In this document: positions 39,543-50,465 of the stretch, in pieces
How the letters are laid out: each line of letters opens with the position of its first letter
Position numbering within the stretch: position 1 is the stretch's first letter
Virus record (IMG/VR): IMGVR_UViG_3300001528_000360
Location: 88,430 to 152,429 of that record
Length of the DNA: 64,000 bases
Origin: a virus
Lineage: Duplodnaviria > Caudoviricetes
Direction: 5' to 3' (one strand)
Notes under the pieces: generated by a model
Database searches by the model: none
What the model was told of the DNA's origin: nothing
Seen by the model: the letters and a program-made list of their open reading frames with translations, nothing else
Translations under genes and position numbers: made by a program

Positions 39543-40397
39543 TTACTTACGGAGAGTCTTTCCGTCTTCTAATAAAATGTTCACAAATTTAAAATTATTT
39601 TTCAACATTTCAAATTCTTTACCATACACTCTGTCCTTCTCACCAAAGAAACTCTTAGCCTTAACAAACAGAGTAACAGCCTTATAATTATTTCTCTTAA
39701 GAGGACCAATAAAAGATTCCATATCAGAAATATCATGATCCATACAAGCATTGATTGTATGAGAATCAGGATACTTCAAAACACTCTTAAGAGCATCAAC
39801 ATCAGAATCATTTACAAAGATAACGTGAGTAGGACGAGCAGGTCTAAACATCATAATCTTGAAAGAGGGCTTACCAATTGCCTCTTCAACCTGAACCATA
39901 TCAACGTTAACACTATAAGTTCCATTTGTCTTGCTGAACTTATAAATAGTATCAGCAATCATATGAGAATCATGAAGAGTGATCTCAAAGGAACTATCAC
40001 CATCATTGCGAACTGACATAATCAGGAACAGTTCACCATTAGCAATGAGGTATGCAAGAATGGAAGTCTTCTCACCGGCAATGTTCTTAACAATCTTACC
40101 AGCAAGAGAGATATTAACAATAATAATATCAGTGTTATACTCATTAGACTTCGTAATAAAGGGTTTAAGATCCTTCTTCTTAAACTTTACAGATGTATTA
40201 TCACCATAGAGAACAGCGCAATTCTCCATAGAAGTATACTCGCTAATATTGGGGATATCAATTTCACCACTTACTAACATATCAATGTAACGAACCTTAT
40301 TATCAGTCAAGGTCTTAGTAGCATTGATCTTATAGGTCTTCTCATCAATGTTCTTGCGAATCCACTCAGTCTTAGTTTCATTATAAATCACTAACAT
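39543..40397 (-). CDS. Hypothetical protein
   Basis: 284-aa ORF with AAG-rich codon usage. Confidence 0.7.
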   Translation of the reverse strand: MLVIYNETKTEWIRKNIDEKTYKINATKTLTDNKVRYIDMLVSGEIDIPNISEYTSMENCAVLYGDNTSVKFKKKDLKPFITKSNEYNTDIIIVNISLAGKIVKNIAGEKTSILAYLIANGELFLIMSVRNDGDSSFEITLHDSHMIADTIYKFSKTNGTYSVNVDMVQVEEAIGKPSFKIMMFRPARPTHVIFVNDSDVDALKSVLKYPDSHTINACMDHDISDMESFIGPLKRNNYKAVTLFVKAKSFFGEKDRVYGKEFEMLKNNFKFVNILLEDGKTLRK

Positions 40398-40571
40398 AAA
40401 TATTTTCCCCCGAATTTTAAATAAAAATTTTTGTGTAGTTTCAACTACAGCAATTATAACATTGTATATTAATTAATAATTTATTACTAGGAAAATATCA
40501 TTTAATAAAAAAATAATGAGAGCGTGAAATTAATCACGCTCTCATTATATAGAAATTTTTAAAAGTTTCTA

Positions 40572-41465
40572 TTACAGATACTTAGTCAGGCTTTCCTTAC
40601 CGTTCTTATTGAACTTCTTGATAGCCTTAGCCAGACGAGGATACTTCTCCTCATCAATATTCGTCAGAGAGATACGACGAGCACCATCACGGTCCTTACC
40701 CGCATCAGCACGACGACGAGTGCAATAATACTCAAGCAGTTCAGTGATGTGATCCTTTTCCTCACCATCAATAAACTCAAGAGCAAAATCAGTGAAGAGA
40801 TTCCAAATAGCAATCTGACGCTCATTGAAATTCTTCATATACTCCTTCTTCTCGAGAAGGACATTAATAGCAATGAGATCAAGAATGTTCTTACCAAAGA
40901 GAACCTTAAACAGCTTCTTGATCTGCTTGGTCTCAGTCAGACCAGTTTCACGATCAGCGGAAATGATATACAGCTTACGAAGCATACGCTGACTGTAAAT
41001 ACCAGTAAACTTCTCATTACTGATACAACCAACATCAGGAACAATTACGAGCAGTTCCTTAATAATTTCCTTGTCAAGGTCAACCTTCTTAGTGACCTCC
41101 TTAACACGACCCTTGAGAGTCTTATCAATGATCTCACTATAATCCGTGAGCATCTCTTCAGTAAGATTCTCATTCTTATGATTCTTCTCAATGAATCCAT
41201 TGATAATAACAACGAACCCAGTCTCAAGACCACCGTTCTCATCCTTATTCTTAACGATCTTCTTGAGAGCCTTAACAAACTTAGGACTCAGCATCTTCTC
41301 ATACAGCTTATTAACTGTGTCAGCGTTCTTAACACGATGACCCTGCTTTACATAAAAGTCAATAAGCTCAGTCTGATTCTCACTGATCATCTCTGCCAGC
41401 TCGGATGCCTTCATATCCTTCAGCTTCATGTTCTTAATAAGTTCTTTCACGTTAATTTCCTCCAA
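40572..41465 (-). CDS. Alpha-helical hypothetical protein directly downstream of tubulin; probably highly expressed
   Basis: 297 aa, strong AAG/GAG/CTG codon bias, followed by a terminator at ~40514-40547. Confidence 0.7.
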   Translation of the reverse strand: MEEINVKELIKNMKLKDMKASELAEMISENQTELIDFYVKQGHRVKNADTVNKLYEKMLSPKFVKALKKIVKNKDENGGLETGFVVIINGFIEKNHKNENLTEEMLTDYSEIIDKTLKGRVKEVTKKVDLDKEIIKELLVIVPDVGCISNEKFTGIYSQRMLRKLYIISADRETGLTETKQIKKLFKVLFGKNILDLIAINVLLEKKEYMKNFNERQIAIWNLFTDFALEFIDGEEKDHITELLEYYCTRRRADAGKDRDGARRISLTNIDEEKYPRLAKAIKKFNKNGKESLTKYL

Positions 41466-41499
41466 TTAAAAATATTTTTTATTTATACAACGACAATAA

Positions 41500-42627
41500 T
41501 TAGCCGCCATACTTACTAAACAAATCATCCATGTCGAACTCGGAACTCTGCTTCATTACCTGAGTTCTAAGCTCTTTAATCTTATTCGTTCCATCATCGC
41601 TATCCAATACAGAACTTTCCTTCATACTGGCAAGTTCTTCAAGTCCAGACTCAATACGCTGAACCATCTTAGTAAGACGATCATCAGGAACAGACAAACC
41701 AGATGCAATTAAAATCATCCGATTGGTTTCATCATTTCCAGCAATATAAGTATGCTCGAAGATCTCAACCGGAGTACCGATCATATCCTGAATCTTTGTA
41801 TAATTAGGATCGACCATCTTATTCAGCTTAGTATTGAGATTCGTGATAACACCGATCTTCTTAACAATCTTATCACGATCAAGCTCAACATTACCAGATA
41901 CATTCTTAATAACATCAATCATAGAATCTTCGATAGTCTTACTATCAAAATCCTTTTCCTTAATATTATCAAGCACATATACTGCCATACGTCCAGGAGC
42001 GCTAATGATTCCCAAAAGGTCTTTTTCGTCAATCGAATTAAACGGAGTAGGATAGAGATAATCGCCTCTAAACACAAGAAGTGTATCAACGATTTCCTTA
42101 TTAATCTTCTGCATCATCTCAGGAGTAGGAAGATTAGCAAATCTATTATTATCATACGCCATATAAGAGACATTCGGAAGATTAGTCCTAACTTCCTTAA
42201 GATAATCAAGACTATTCTGCTGTGCCGCCAGAGATTCCCCAAGAGGCGGATAAACCTCAATAAGAATAAACTTCTTATCAGGGAACTTTCTGGATACGAT
42301 ATCGCACATCATCGGTGCCATTCCTGAACCAGTGCCACCACCAATAGAAGAGATAATGAAAATAATATCATTCTCTTCAATATGGTTGACGAACTTTTCC
42401 TGCTGAAGAAGAGAAGCTACATGAAGTTTAATAAAATTCTTAGCTTCATCTCGATTCTTGCCTGCACCTCTGGTATCGCCCATAATGATCTTATGAATAT
42501 TATTGATATTCGTAAGATCTTTTTGAGAACTATTAATGGCAATACCAGGAATATTGTACGTTGTCATAGCAAGTTCAGCAATCTGGTTTCCGCAATTTCC
42601 GAAGCCAATTGTACAAATGTTGATCAT
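41500..42627 (-). CDS. tubZ: Tubulin/FtsZ-family GTPase (PhuZ/TubZ-like)
   Basis: GFGNCGNQI, GAGKN, GGGTGSG signature, DNN, SIDEKD (T7 loop). Confidence 0.88.
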   Translation of the reverse strand: MINICTIGFGNCGNQIAELAMTTYNIPGIAINSSQKDLTNINNIHKIIMGDTRGAGKNRDEAKNFIKLHVASLLQQEKFVNHIEENDIIFIISSIGGGTGSGMAPMMCDIVSRKFPDKKFILIEVYPPLGESLAAQQNSLDYLKEVRTNLPNVSYMAYDNNRFANLPTPEMMQKINKEIVDTLLVFRGDYLYPTPFNSIDEKDLLGIISAPGRMAVYVLDNIKEKDFDSKTIEDSMIDVIKNVSGNVELDRDKIVKKIGVITNLNTKLNKMVDPNYTKIQDMIGTPVEIFEHTYIAGNDETNRMILIASGLSVPDDRLTKMVQRIESGLEELASMKESSVLDSDDGTNKIKELRTQVMKQSSEFDMDDLFSKYGG

Positions 42628-42732
42628 ATTTACGCTCCTTTTTAATAAAATAAATTTTTTATATTATTGAATTAGATTTATCATTTCTCTAATTCTACAA
42701 TAATAATATATATCTGAATTTATTTTTGATTT

Positions 42733-42900
42733 TTAGTACTTAATAGAAGCATTAGCTTGTACAGATTCCTCAATCAACTGATTGACTTCAGATTCAGAAA
42801 GTTCTTCATTCTTCTTCTTAACTTTCTTTGCGGTAGGGTCCTCAATGTTCAGGTCACCAAAAACACCAACTTCAGTGACAATATGCATATTATTATCCAT
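42733..42900 (-). CDS. Small hypothetical protein
   Basis: AAGGAG RBS before MDNNMH; AACA-N6-TA at 42932-42943. Confidence 0.55.
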   Translation of the reverse strand: MDNNMHIVTEVGVFGDLNIEDPTAKKVKKKNEELSESEVNQLIEESVQANASIKY

Positions 42901-43039
42901 AATGCATTCTCCTTTCTTAAATAACATTGATTACATGATTGTTATAAGTATATTATTTTCTAATTTTTCTATGTTCCGTATTAAAAAATAACATATATTT
43001 AAAGGGTAATCTTCATAGAAAGGAGATGATCATACTGAC

Positions 43040-43270
43040 ATGGAAATATTGAATAATTATGAACTTGAGTTTATTCTTGAAATGTCAAAAGAAAAACAAT
43101 CAATTCAATATGTATTTACACAAATTTGCAATAATCATAATGATCTTTCACAATCAATTAAGATACCAGAAGATACACACAATGAGCATATTCTAGCATT
43201 AACAGATTCTGAATATGAAAATTATCTGTATTATTTACATGAAATTATAATTCTATTACACACATTATGA
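43040..43270 (+). CDS. Hypothetical protein
   Basis: 76-aa ORF, AAGGAG RBS. Confidence 0.55.
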   Translation: MEILNNYELEFILEMSKEKQSIQYVFTQICNNHNDLSQSIKIPEDTHNEHILALTDSEYENYLYYLHEIIILLHTL

Positions 43271-43362
43271 AGATATGGGTTATATCCCATATCTTCATAT
43301 TTTTAATCTAAAATATAAATATATATTATTTATATAGATTCTAAAAGAATAAAATATATTTT

Positions 43363-44241
43363 ATGAAAGGAGCGATAATTATTAGTAGTATTGATCTAAA
43401 GGCTTTTGAAAAAGGTCAAGTGTGGAAAATGGACGGAGAATCTTGGACACCAGAACTAAGAAACTCTGGAATTACTGTTGGTGATAGACCTGTAATTATC
43501 TATCGAACAGTTGAAATTCGTAGTGGATTTGTAACAGTTATTCCTACTAGTATGAATCCAGTTAAAAAGAATGGAGTAAGATTAAAATTAGAAGAAAATA
43601 AACAAGGAATTGCTCTTGTACAGGAAATTCGACCTGTACCAATTAGTAAACTAACAACATTCTTAGGAACTCTAAATAAAAGTAAGCTTGAAGAAATTGA
43701 TAATGCTCTTAAAATTTATCTTGGACTTGAAGAAGATCCTGAACTTGAAAAGAAGGTCTTTTATGTAACCGGTCCTTCAAGACCATATTTTAATAGTAGG
43801 GAGTGTCCAGCACCTACAGTTTATCATGCTAAACCTATTGAAAAAGAAGAAATTATTAATGATAAACCTGCAGAAATTGAAAAACCTAAGAAACCTTCAA
43901 AATCTAAAAATAAACTTTCTCATCTTACACAAGAAGAAAAAGAATATGTAAAAAGTCATAAAATTAAAGAAATTTCTAATTACTTACATATCTCTACATC
44001 CACAGCATATCGTTATAGAAGAGCTCTTGGCACCAATGTTTCTAAAACTGAAAAGCCTGATTACTCTGATAAAATTTATAAAAATTTCTACAAGAAAAAT
44101 CTAAATATTATCAAAGAACCAGAAAAAAGACTTTTCTTAAAACTTAATCCTGAAAAGCTTTCTAAATTTACAAATCTGCCAATTGAAACTATTAATGAAT
44201 TTAGAGAACGTTTTTCTAAAGAATTAAATATTAATCTATAA
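43363..44241 (+). CDS. PemK/MazF-like endoribonuclease domain with a C-terminal HTH-containing extension
   Basis: GQVW..G..RPVII..VTVIPTS..LVQEIRPV..KL..LGTL..LEEIDNALKIYLGL; later KEISNYLHISTSTAYRYR. Confidence 0.75.
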   Translation: MKGAIIISSIDLKAFEKGQVWKMDGESWTPELRNSGITVGDRPVIIYRTVEIRSGFVTVIPTSMNPVKKNGVRLKLEENKQGIALVQEIRPVPISKLTTFLGTLNKSKLEEIDNALKIYLGLEEDPELEKKVFYVTGPSRPYFNSRECPAPTVYHAKPIEKEEIINDKPAEIEKPKKPSKSKNKLSHLTQEEKEYVKSHKIKEISNYLHISTSTAYRYRRALGTNVSKTEKPDYSDKIYKNFYKKNLNIIKEPEKRLFLKLNPEKLSKFTNLPIETINEFRERFSKELNINL

Positions 44242-44396
44242 GGGGACATATATAATATGCAACCAGATTTTATTGCTATTCCATATATCGGATAACAATC
44301 AATTAAGGAGCCTGAAATTTTATTCAGGCTTCTTTTTTTATCTTCTTTTTGAGATATATATTATATTCATAGAATAGAAGTAAAGGGTGATAATTA

Positions 44397-45065
44397 ATGG
44401 CATCTAAGTTTAACCCAAAAAGTGATCATACTATTTATAAGAATAGCCTTGGTCAAGAAGTACCAAGTGCTACTACAGTATTAAAGATTTTAAATAAGCC
44501 TCAGTTGGTTAAATGGGCAAATTATTTAGGTTTTAAAAGTCTTGATGTGGATTCAGTATTAAATGAATCTGCAGCATTAGGAACTTTAGTTCATGATTTA
44601 ATTAATTCTATTCTTTCTAAATATTTAATTATTTATATTCCTGATGGTATTATTCCTTCAGATGTTGTATTTTCGTATATCAATAGATTTAAGATTTGGT
44701 TAAAAACGAATAATGTAGAACCTATCTTATTAGAAAAATCTATAACTTCTGATAAAGTTGGCGGAACTATTGACTTCTATGGAAAAATCAATGGTAAATT
44801 AACTTTATTAGATTTTAAGACATCTAAAAAGATTAGATTAAGTATGTTTTTCCAACTTGCTATTTATGTTATCTTACTAGAAGAATTAGGATATGAAATA
44901 GAACAGGTAGGAATATTATTAGTCAATCCTAAGTATAAAGATGAAAAGTATATAGCAAGAAAAGATTTTGAAAAATATGTTACATTTGCTAGAAGACTAA
45001 TTGATCTTTTTCATTCTTATTATAACCTCAACAATGAAGATAAATGGGAAGAATCTATAATATAA
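44397..45065 (+). CDS. PD-(D/E)XK (RecB/Cas4-like) nuclease
   Basis: PSATTVL, GTLVH, E..GTID..LDFKTS, QLAIY. Confidence 0.85.
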   Translation: MASKFNPKSDHTIYKNSLGQEVPSATTVLKILNKPQLVKWANYLGFKSLDVDSVLNESAALGTLVHDLINSILSKYLIIYIPDGIIPSDVVFSYINRFKIWLKTNNVEPILLEKSITSDKVGGTIDFYGKINGKLTLLDFKTSKKIRLSMFFQLAIYVILLEELGYEIEQVGILLVNPKYKDEKYIARKDFEKYVTFARRLIDLFHSYYNLNNEDKWEESII

Positions 45066-45075
45066 TAGGAGTGAA

Positions 45076-46248
45076 ATGCCTATGGAAAAAACATATATTG
45101 GAGCAGTAATATCAGATATTCACTTTGGGGCTATGCCTGCACAGAGATTATTTGATGAGCTTGATAAAGGATTCTTAAAATATTTAAAAAGTTTAAAAAT
45201 ATTAGATTTTGTAGTAATTGATGGTGACTTATTTGATAATAAGTTAAACCTTAATTCAGAGCATGTTAAATATGCTTTTATATTTCTACGAAAATTAATG
45301 GAAATTTGTGTTTCTCATAATACAAAACTTCGTATTATTAAAGGAACAGAATTTCATGATAATAAACAACTTGATGTATTAAAGTTCTTCTCTAATTTCA
45401 ATGTAGATTTCAAGATATTTGAAACTGTTGATAATGAAGAATTATTTCCGAATTTTAATGTCTTATATATTCCTGAAGAGTATATGACTGACAAGAAGGA
45501 ATATTATAAAGATTACTTTAATAAAGAGTATGATATGATATTTGGTCATGGCTTAATGAATGAAGTTGCTTTTGTTGCTAAGAATCAAGAATCTGAAGTA
45601 ACTATGCAAAAAGCTCCTATATTTAAAAGTGAAGAACTTTTAAATATTTGTAAAGGACCAATATTCTTTGGTCATATTCATAAATCTCAATGTATTAAAG
45701 ACTCTATATACTATGTAGGATCTTATAGTAGATGGGTATATGGAGAAGAAGAACCAAAAGGATTTATGATGTGTGGTTATACACCACATACTGGAAAATT
45801 TGAAGTAGAATTTATTGAAAATAAATTAGCACCTGAATATAATACAATGATAATTGATTATAATAGTGCTTTTTATAGAGATGATGCAGATCATCAATTA
45901 GATTATATTATCAGGATGGTCAATAATCTTAAGGTGGATAGAATAAGAATTATATTCAATATTCCTGAAGATTATGAAAATCCTATATTATTAACGAATT
46001 TGATTAATGATGTTTTTAGTAAGTATAAAAATATTAAAATTATTATCAATAATAATAGTAAAGAGATGAAAAAGAAACGAGAAATGGAAGAAAAGATAAA
46101 AACTTTACTTACAAAATATGATTTTATATTTAATAAAGCTATTTCTCCAGAAGAGAAATTATCAAGATTTATTAAATTGAAATATAATAAAGATATATCT
46201 ATAGAGAATATGAGAAATTATCTATATCAAAAGATTAATTTTGAATAA
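45076..46248 (+). CDS. sbcD: SbcD/Mre11-like nuclease
   Basis: SDIH, GDLFD, GTEFHD, GH, GHIH, YVGS motifs. Confidence 0.88.
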   Translation: MPMEKTYIGAVISDIHFGAMPAQRLFDELDKGFLKYLKSLKILDFVVIDGDLFDNKLNLNSEHVKYAFIFLRKLMEICVSHNTKLRIIKGTEFHDNKQLDVLKFFSNFNVDFKIFETVDNEELFPNFNVLYIPEEYMTDKKEYYKDYFNKEYDMIFGHGLMNEVAFVAKNQESEVTMQKAPIFKSEELLNICKGPIFFGHIHKSQCIKDSIYYVGSYSRWVYGEEEPKGFMMCGYTPHTGKFEVEFIENKLAPEYNTMIIDYNSAFYRDDADHQLDYIIRMVNNLKVDRIRIIFNIPEDYENPILLTNLINDVFSKYKNIKIIINNNSKEMKKKREMEEKIKTLLTKYDFIFNKAISPEEKLSRFIKLKYNKDISIENMRNYLYQKINFE

Positions 46249-46267
46249 GAGGGAGAGAAGTATTATG

Positions 46268-46678
46268 TTGAAGATTGCTACTTATTATTATGAGAAAACA
46301 GATAAAACTCAAGAAAATTCTGAAATGCATCTTATGGAAGATATTCATAAGATGCAATATTCATACACTAAAGAAAAAGGCTTAGATAATGCTGTACGAA
46401 GAATTTTTAAGGATTATAAATTAAATCGTACAAATAAGCATATTACGGTAGAAACCTATACTGATAATAATGTACTTAAGTTCACTTTAGGTGCTAGAAA
46501 AGGTAATTTTAATGAGGAAAATGCTAGATTTAACTTTGTTCTCATTTATGACATTGATGATACAACTGGTAATGTAAAAGTATATGGTCAATATCTTACT
46601 CAGGATACAATCCTTTCACCTAAGAATGGTATTCCTATTACTACTGATATTGTCATTTATCTGGAGGATACAAAATGA
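46268..46678 (+). CDS. Hypothetical protein
   Basis: ORF 46241..46678; likely start near MLKIATYY (start position approximate). Confidence 0.6.
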   Translation: MKIATYYYEKTDKTQENSEMHLMEDIHKMQYSYTKEKGLDNAVRRIFKDYKLNRTNKHITVETYTDNNVLKFTLGARKGNFNEENARFNFVLIYDIDDTTGNVKVYGQYLTQDTILSPKNGIPITTDIVIYLEDTK

Positions 46679-46992
46679 TTAGAAAATATCCAGTTATTAC
46701 ATTATGTGGATCTACTCGTTTTAAAGATGAATTTTATGCAGTACAAAAAGAATTAACACTTTCTGGAGCAATTGTTATAAGTGTTGGATTATTTGGTCAT
46801 TCTGGTGACAGTGAAGCTTTTGATAATGAGACTAAAGCAATGTTAGATGATATGCATAAACGAAAGATTGATATGGCTGATGAAATTTTTGTTATTAATA
46901 AAAATGGTTATATCGGTAGCAGTACACAATCTGAAATTGAATATGCAAAATTAACAGGTAAGCATATTAGATATCTGGAGGATGTAAAATGA
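46675..46992 (+). CDS. Nucleoside 2-deoxyribosyltransferase-like fold protein
   Basis: ITLCGSTRF..RKIDMADEIFVIN..YIGSSTQSEIEYA. Confidence 0.65.
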   Translation: MIRKYPVITLCGSTRFKDEFYAVQKELTLSGAIVISVGLFGHSGDSEAFDNETKAMLDDMHKRKIDMADEIFVINKNGYIGSSTQSEIEYAKLTGKHIRYLEDVK

Positions 46993-47345
46993 TTAAGTAT
47001 AAGGTTAATAGTTTTAAAGAGTTTGTTACTTGTATTAATAATGGGAAGGAAATGTATATTGAAAAGGAGATCGTCAATGATCCTATCCCTGAATTGATTG
47101 GCGTTATGATTCCTTTTACTAATGATACAGGAACCCATATTGCAGTTTGCACTAAGGATGAAAATCCTGATATAGAATCTAAAGATTTTGAAAAAATGAT
47201 TATTAATCTAAAGTTAAATGATAATGCAATGTGCAAAATCATTGATACTGCAGATTGGATTAATTATTATTATAAAATTCTCTACAACTACGGAGTTTTC
47301 GTACTTGATGATATTATTGAAAGAAATATGGAATTAAATAATTGA
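46989..47345 (+). CDS. Hypothetical protein
   Basis: 118-aa ORF, ATGA overlap with the upstream gene. Confidence 0.65.
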   Translation: MIKYKVNSFKEFVTCINNGKEMYIEKEIVNDPIPELIGVMIPFTNDTGTHIAVCTKDENPDIESKDFEKMIINLKLNDNAMCKIIDTADWINYYYKILYNYGVFVLDDIIERNMELNN

Positions 47346-47432
47346 CTGTACAATTATTTAAAGATATAAAAATGTCTATGAGGATTTTCCTCATAGACAT
47401 TCATTTAAAACCCGTAGAGAGGAGAAAGACAT

Positions 47433-49347
47433 ATGCTCTTCAAGACAAATCAACGAGAAAAATATGTCGATCAAACAAAGAAAATTCCAATTAAATTTGA
47501 CATCAGTATGTTGAATATGTTTATTGGTTTCATATTTAAGAAATCTGTTCAGATTACAAGAAAATCATTAATGAATATGAAACGATTATTTGCTGTAATT
47601 GATGAATCTATTTATGAAAATAGTGATCAGTTACAAGCAAGAATTGAATTTATTAATAAAGCTCTTGAAGCTAGATTAGATAAGGGATTTGAAAATGATG
47701 AAATGATTATCAATTATTGTAAATCAGATGTTTATGATAAAGACAATCAAGACATTATTAATAATATTCCTATATACACTAGGATTAATTATGAGGAAAT
47801 TAAATATATAAATAAATGTATTGAGGATAGACTTCAGTATTATTATTTATATTATTATAAGGATGCCATTTATGAAACCATAGAAAGACTTGACAGTGGT
47901 GATTATAAGTCTTTCTATGAGATCAATAATAAAATGGCTAGTATTTGCACTGATTTAATTAATAGAATTCGAAATAGTAAATCAGTCGATACGGAAGATC
48001 AATTTTGTTTAAGTGATGAAAACTTTGACTCTAATGTATTAGATATTGTAGAAAAACTTCAGAATCCATCTCGTATTATACGAACAGGTATTCAGAAATT
48101 AAATGAGATTCTTTCACCTGGGTTAATGAGCAGTAGATTATACATGTTTCTCGGATTGCCAGGTGGTTGGAAATCTGGTATGCTTCTTAAAATTATTAGA
48201 GATACGAAAATGTATAATCGAGATATTCAACCAAAGAAACCAGGTAAGCATCCATGTGCATTATTAATAACTATGGAGAATGAAGTTGCAGAAACAGTTG
48301 AAAGATTATTCAATATGTCTGTTTCAAATTCTAATATCAGAGATTATACTCCAAAGCAAGTATTAAAAATGATTAAAGACTCAGGAGAATTAACAGTAAC
48401 TAATGATAATGGTATTGATATTGTCATTAGATATTATCCTAATAGATCTATTGATACTAGTGATTTATATACTATTATTGATGATCTTGCAGATGATGGT
48501 AAAGAAGTCATATTATTAGCATTAGACTATGTTAAAAGAATTCGTCCTGCAGAAAAAGGAAAAGATGAAAAAGAAGAATTAAAAAATATTACTAATGAAT
48601 TAAAATCATTAGCTATTGATTATGATATACCAGTTGTATCAGCGCATTAAATAAGGTGCCATAATATAGTGATATATTATGAAAACTTTCCTAATTGCTG
48701 GAACCTCTCACATGAGACAATCAGCAGCCAAGACTCTTTAATGAGTAAGGTTCAACGACTAGTGCTTAGCACGTACATCTAAGTAGATGGAAATGGAAAG
48801 CAACCTTTCAATAATATTATTAAAAAGTTGAAGATATAGTCTCATCTCTAATATAAAAATTAGAGCAGTTCATAATGGAACGCATATAGAGTAACGACCT
48901 ATATGGAAGATAATGCAATTAAATAGATCTGGTGCGTCAGTAGTTGATGCTGCAATGCAAGCAAATAAAGAAGATCTTGGTCGTTTCTTAGGAAGATCTA
49001 ACGTGGGCAGTGCCTGGGAAGTGATAGAGAACACAGATGTTGCAATCATTATTAACGTAGAAAAGAAACGACAAACTGGTCAATACTATTTGACATTTAA
49101 ACGTGTAAAAATTAGATATAAAGATCTATCAGAAATCAGTTATTTTAATCATCCGTTTAATCCTAATAATAAGATGCAACTTGAAGATGATCTTTTACTT
49201 GATCATTCTTTATCTGAAGATAGTTTAGTATCTGATTTTGATGCTGTGGATTTATTAAATAAGAAAGGTAAACGTACTGCAACAGAAAGAGAAACAGTTG
49301 CTGATGAAGATGTCTTCTTATTTAATAATGCAATTAATAAAAATTAA
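47433..49347 (+). CDS. dnaB: DnaB-like replicative helicase (2 exons, ~548 aa)
   Basis: GLPGGWKS, TMEN, LDYV; exons 47433-48647 and 48916-49347 restore PVVSAH|QLNRS. Confidence 0.9.
48648..48915 (+). mobile_element. Group I intron, ORF-less (dnaB)
   Basis: AATTGCTGGAA, AATCAGCAG, GTTCAACGACTA, AAGATATAGTC; U|...G junctions. Confidence 0.92.
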
Positions 49348-49353
49348 AATAAT

Positions 49354-49389
49354 AATAGAGATACGTGGAATTACCACGTATCTCTATTT
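49354..49389. terminator. Bidirectional intrinsic terminator
   Basis: AATAGAGATACGTGG...CCACGTATCTCTATT. Confidence 0.75.
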
Positions 49390-49544
49390 CTTCTTTTTCT
49401 TCTTTTTCTTTTTTCCCTTACCATGAGTAAGGTTATATTTCTTTTTAATATACTCAATCTTTTCTTTTTGAGTCATATTATTAACTTCAATGACATGATT
49501 AACAGCTGGAGCTAAAAGTTTTTCAGTAGTTTTTAAAGACATGA

Positions 49545-49973
49545 TTAATACCCCACAGTATCTTTATTTTCTAAAATATTTTCTTTTTCGTTAATGAGAA
49601 TCTCATTAAGTACATTAAAAATATTCTTTCCGAATACTTTAATCTTTTTAGAATTAAAATCTGGAATAGAATTAAAGTTATTGATTCTTAATAAGATAGC
49701 CCATAATTCTGTTGTTCCATATACATCATAACAGAATAATTTAGGCTGATATCTATACTTCATATATTCAGAATTTGATAAGGTTACTGTGTAAGTAGTA
49801 TCTACAATATAATCATAATACTTATTATAAAAAGAAGTAGAATTAACAATTAATGTATCACTATTTGATTCTACTAATGATTTTAAAAATAATTTATCAT
49901 ATGACATATCTAATTGCTCAGTGTATTCAGCTAAAGAGCTAATTGTATTATAATTATTAATAGAAGTATTCAA
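49545..49973 (-). CDS. Baseplate wedge protein (T4 gp53/LysM-like)
   Basis: YQPKLFCYDVYGTTELWAILLRIN. Confidence 0.7.
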   Translation of the reverse strand: MNTSINNYNTISSLAEYTEQLDMSYDKLFLKSLVESNSDTLIVNSTSFYNKYYDYIVDTTYTVTLSNSEYMKYRYQPKLFCYDVYGTTELWAILLRINNFNSIPDFNSKKIKVFGKNIFNVLNEILINEKENILENKDTVGY

Positions 49974-49988
49974 TGGAAATCACCTCCA

Positions 49989-50348
49989 TTATAAAGCATC
50001 TATAATTTGAATATTCTTATAATTATTATTAGTACATAAACATTCTACTCTTGTACCTGATGGAACAATGTAATCTCTACCAGCTTTATGTAGTAAAGTG
50101 CAATTTGGAGAACGTTTTACTGTTATATAATTCTGAACCTTTATAGAATTACCTACAGAAGGTTTACAATCTTTTGCATTAACTAAAATATTTCTATTAA
50201 AAGGTTCAGTATTAGGTTTTGTAACATTAGGCATAAGTTTCGGTATAGTGATTGCAAATGTAGAATTTGCATAATATTGTTTTCCTACAAGGAAACCATA
50301 CTCATTTTGAGATAAGGTGACATCTGTAATATTCTTAACATCTACCAT
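49989..50348 (-). CDS. Hypothetical virion/baseplate-associated protein
   Basis: Adjacent to the gp53-like gene; AACA-N6-TA at 50365-50376. Confidence 0.55.
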   Translation of the reverse strand: MVDVKNITDVTLSQNEYGFLVGKQYYANSTFAITIPKLMPNVTKPNTEPFNRNILVNAKDCKPSVGNSIKVQNYITVKRSPNCTLLHKAGRDYIVPSGTRVECLCTNNNYKNIQIIDAL

Positions 50349-50465
50349 AAATTCTCACCTCCATTATGAAAATGTTTTCTATATTATTTATATCAATATT
50401 ACAAGAAATATTAATGATAACAAAAACTTAAAGAGAAGTTTATAATAAAGTGTGGTGAACATAAA

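Noticed and set aside
39543-41465. Chimallin (phage nucleus shell) assignment for ORFs beside tubulin
   Set aside because: The ORFs are about half the size of known chimallins and I recognise no supporting motif.
40749-42645. Long antisense ORFs (40749..41519, 41752..42327; also 1064..1387, 21006..21650, 61364..62095 and others)
   Set aside because: These are shadows of strongly codon-biased genes on the opposite strand, with Ile/Leu/Asn-skewed composition and no RBS.
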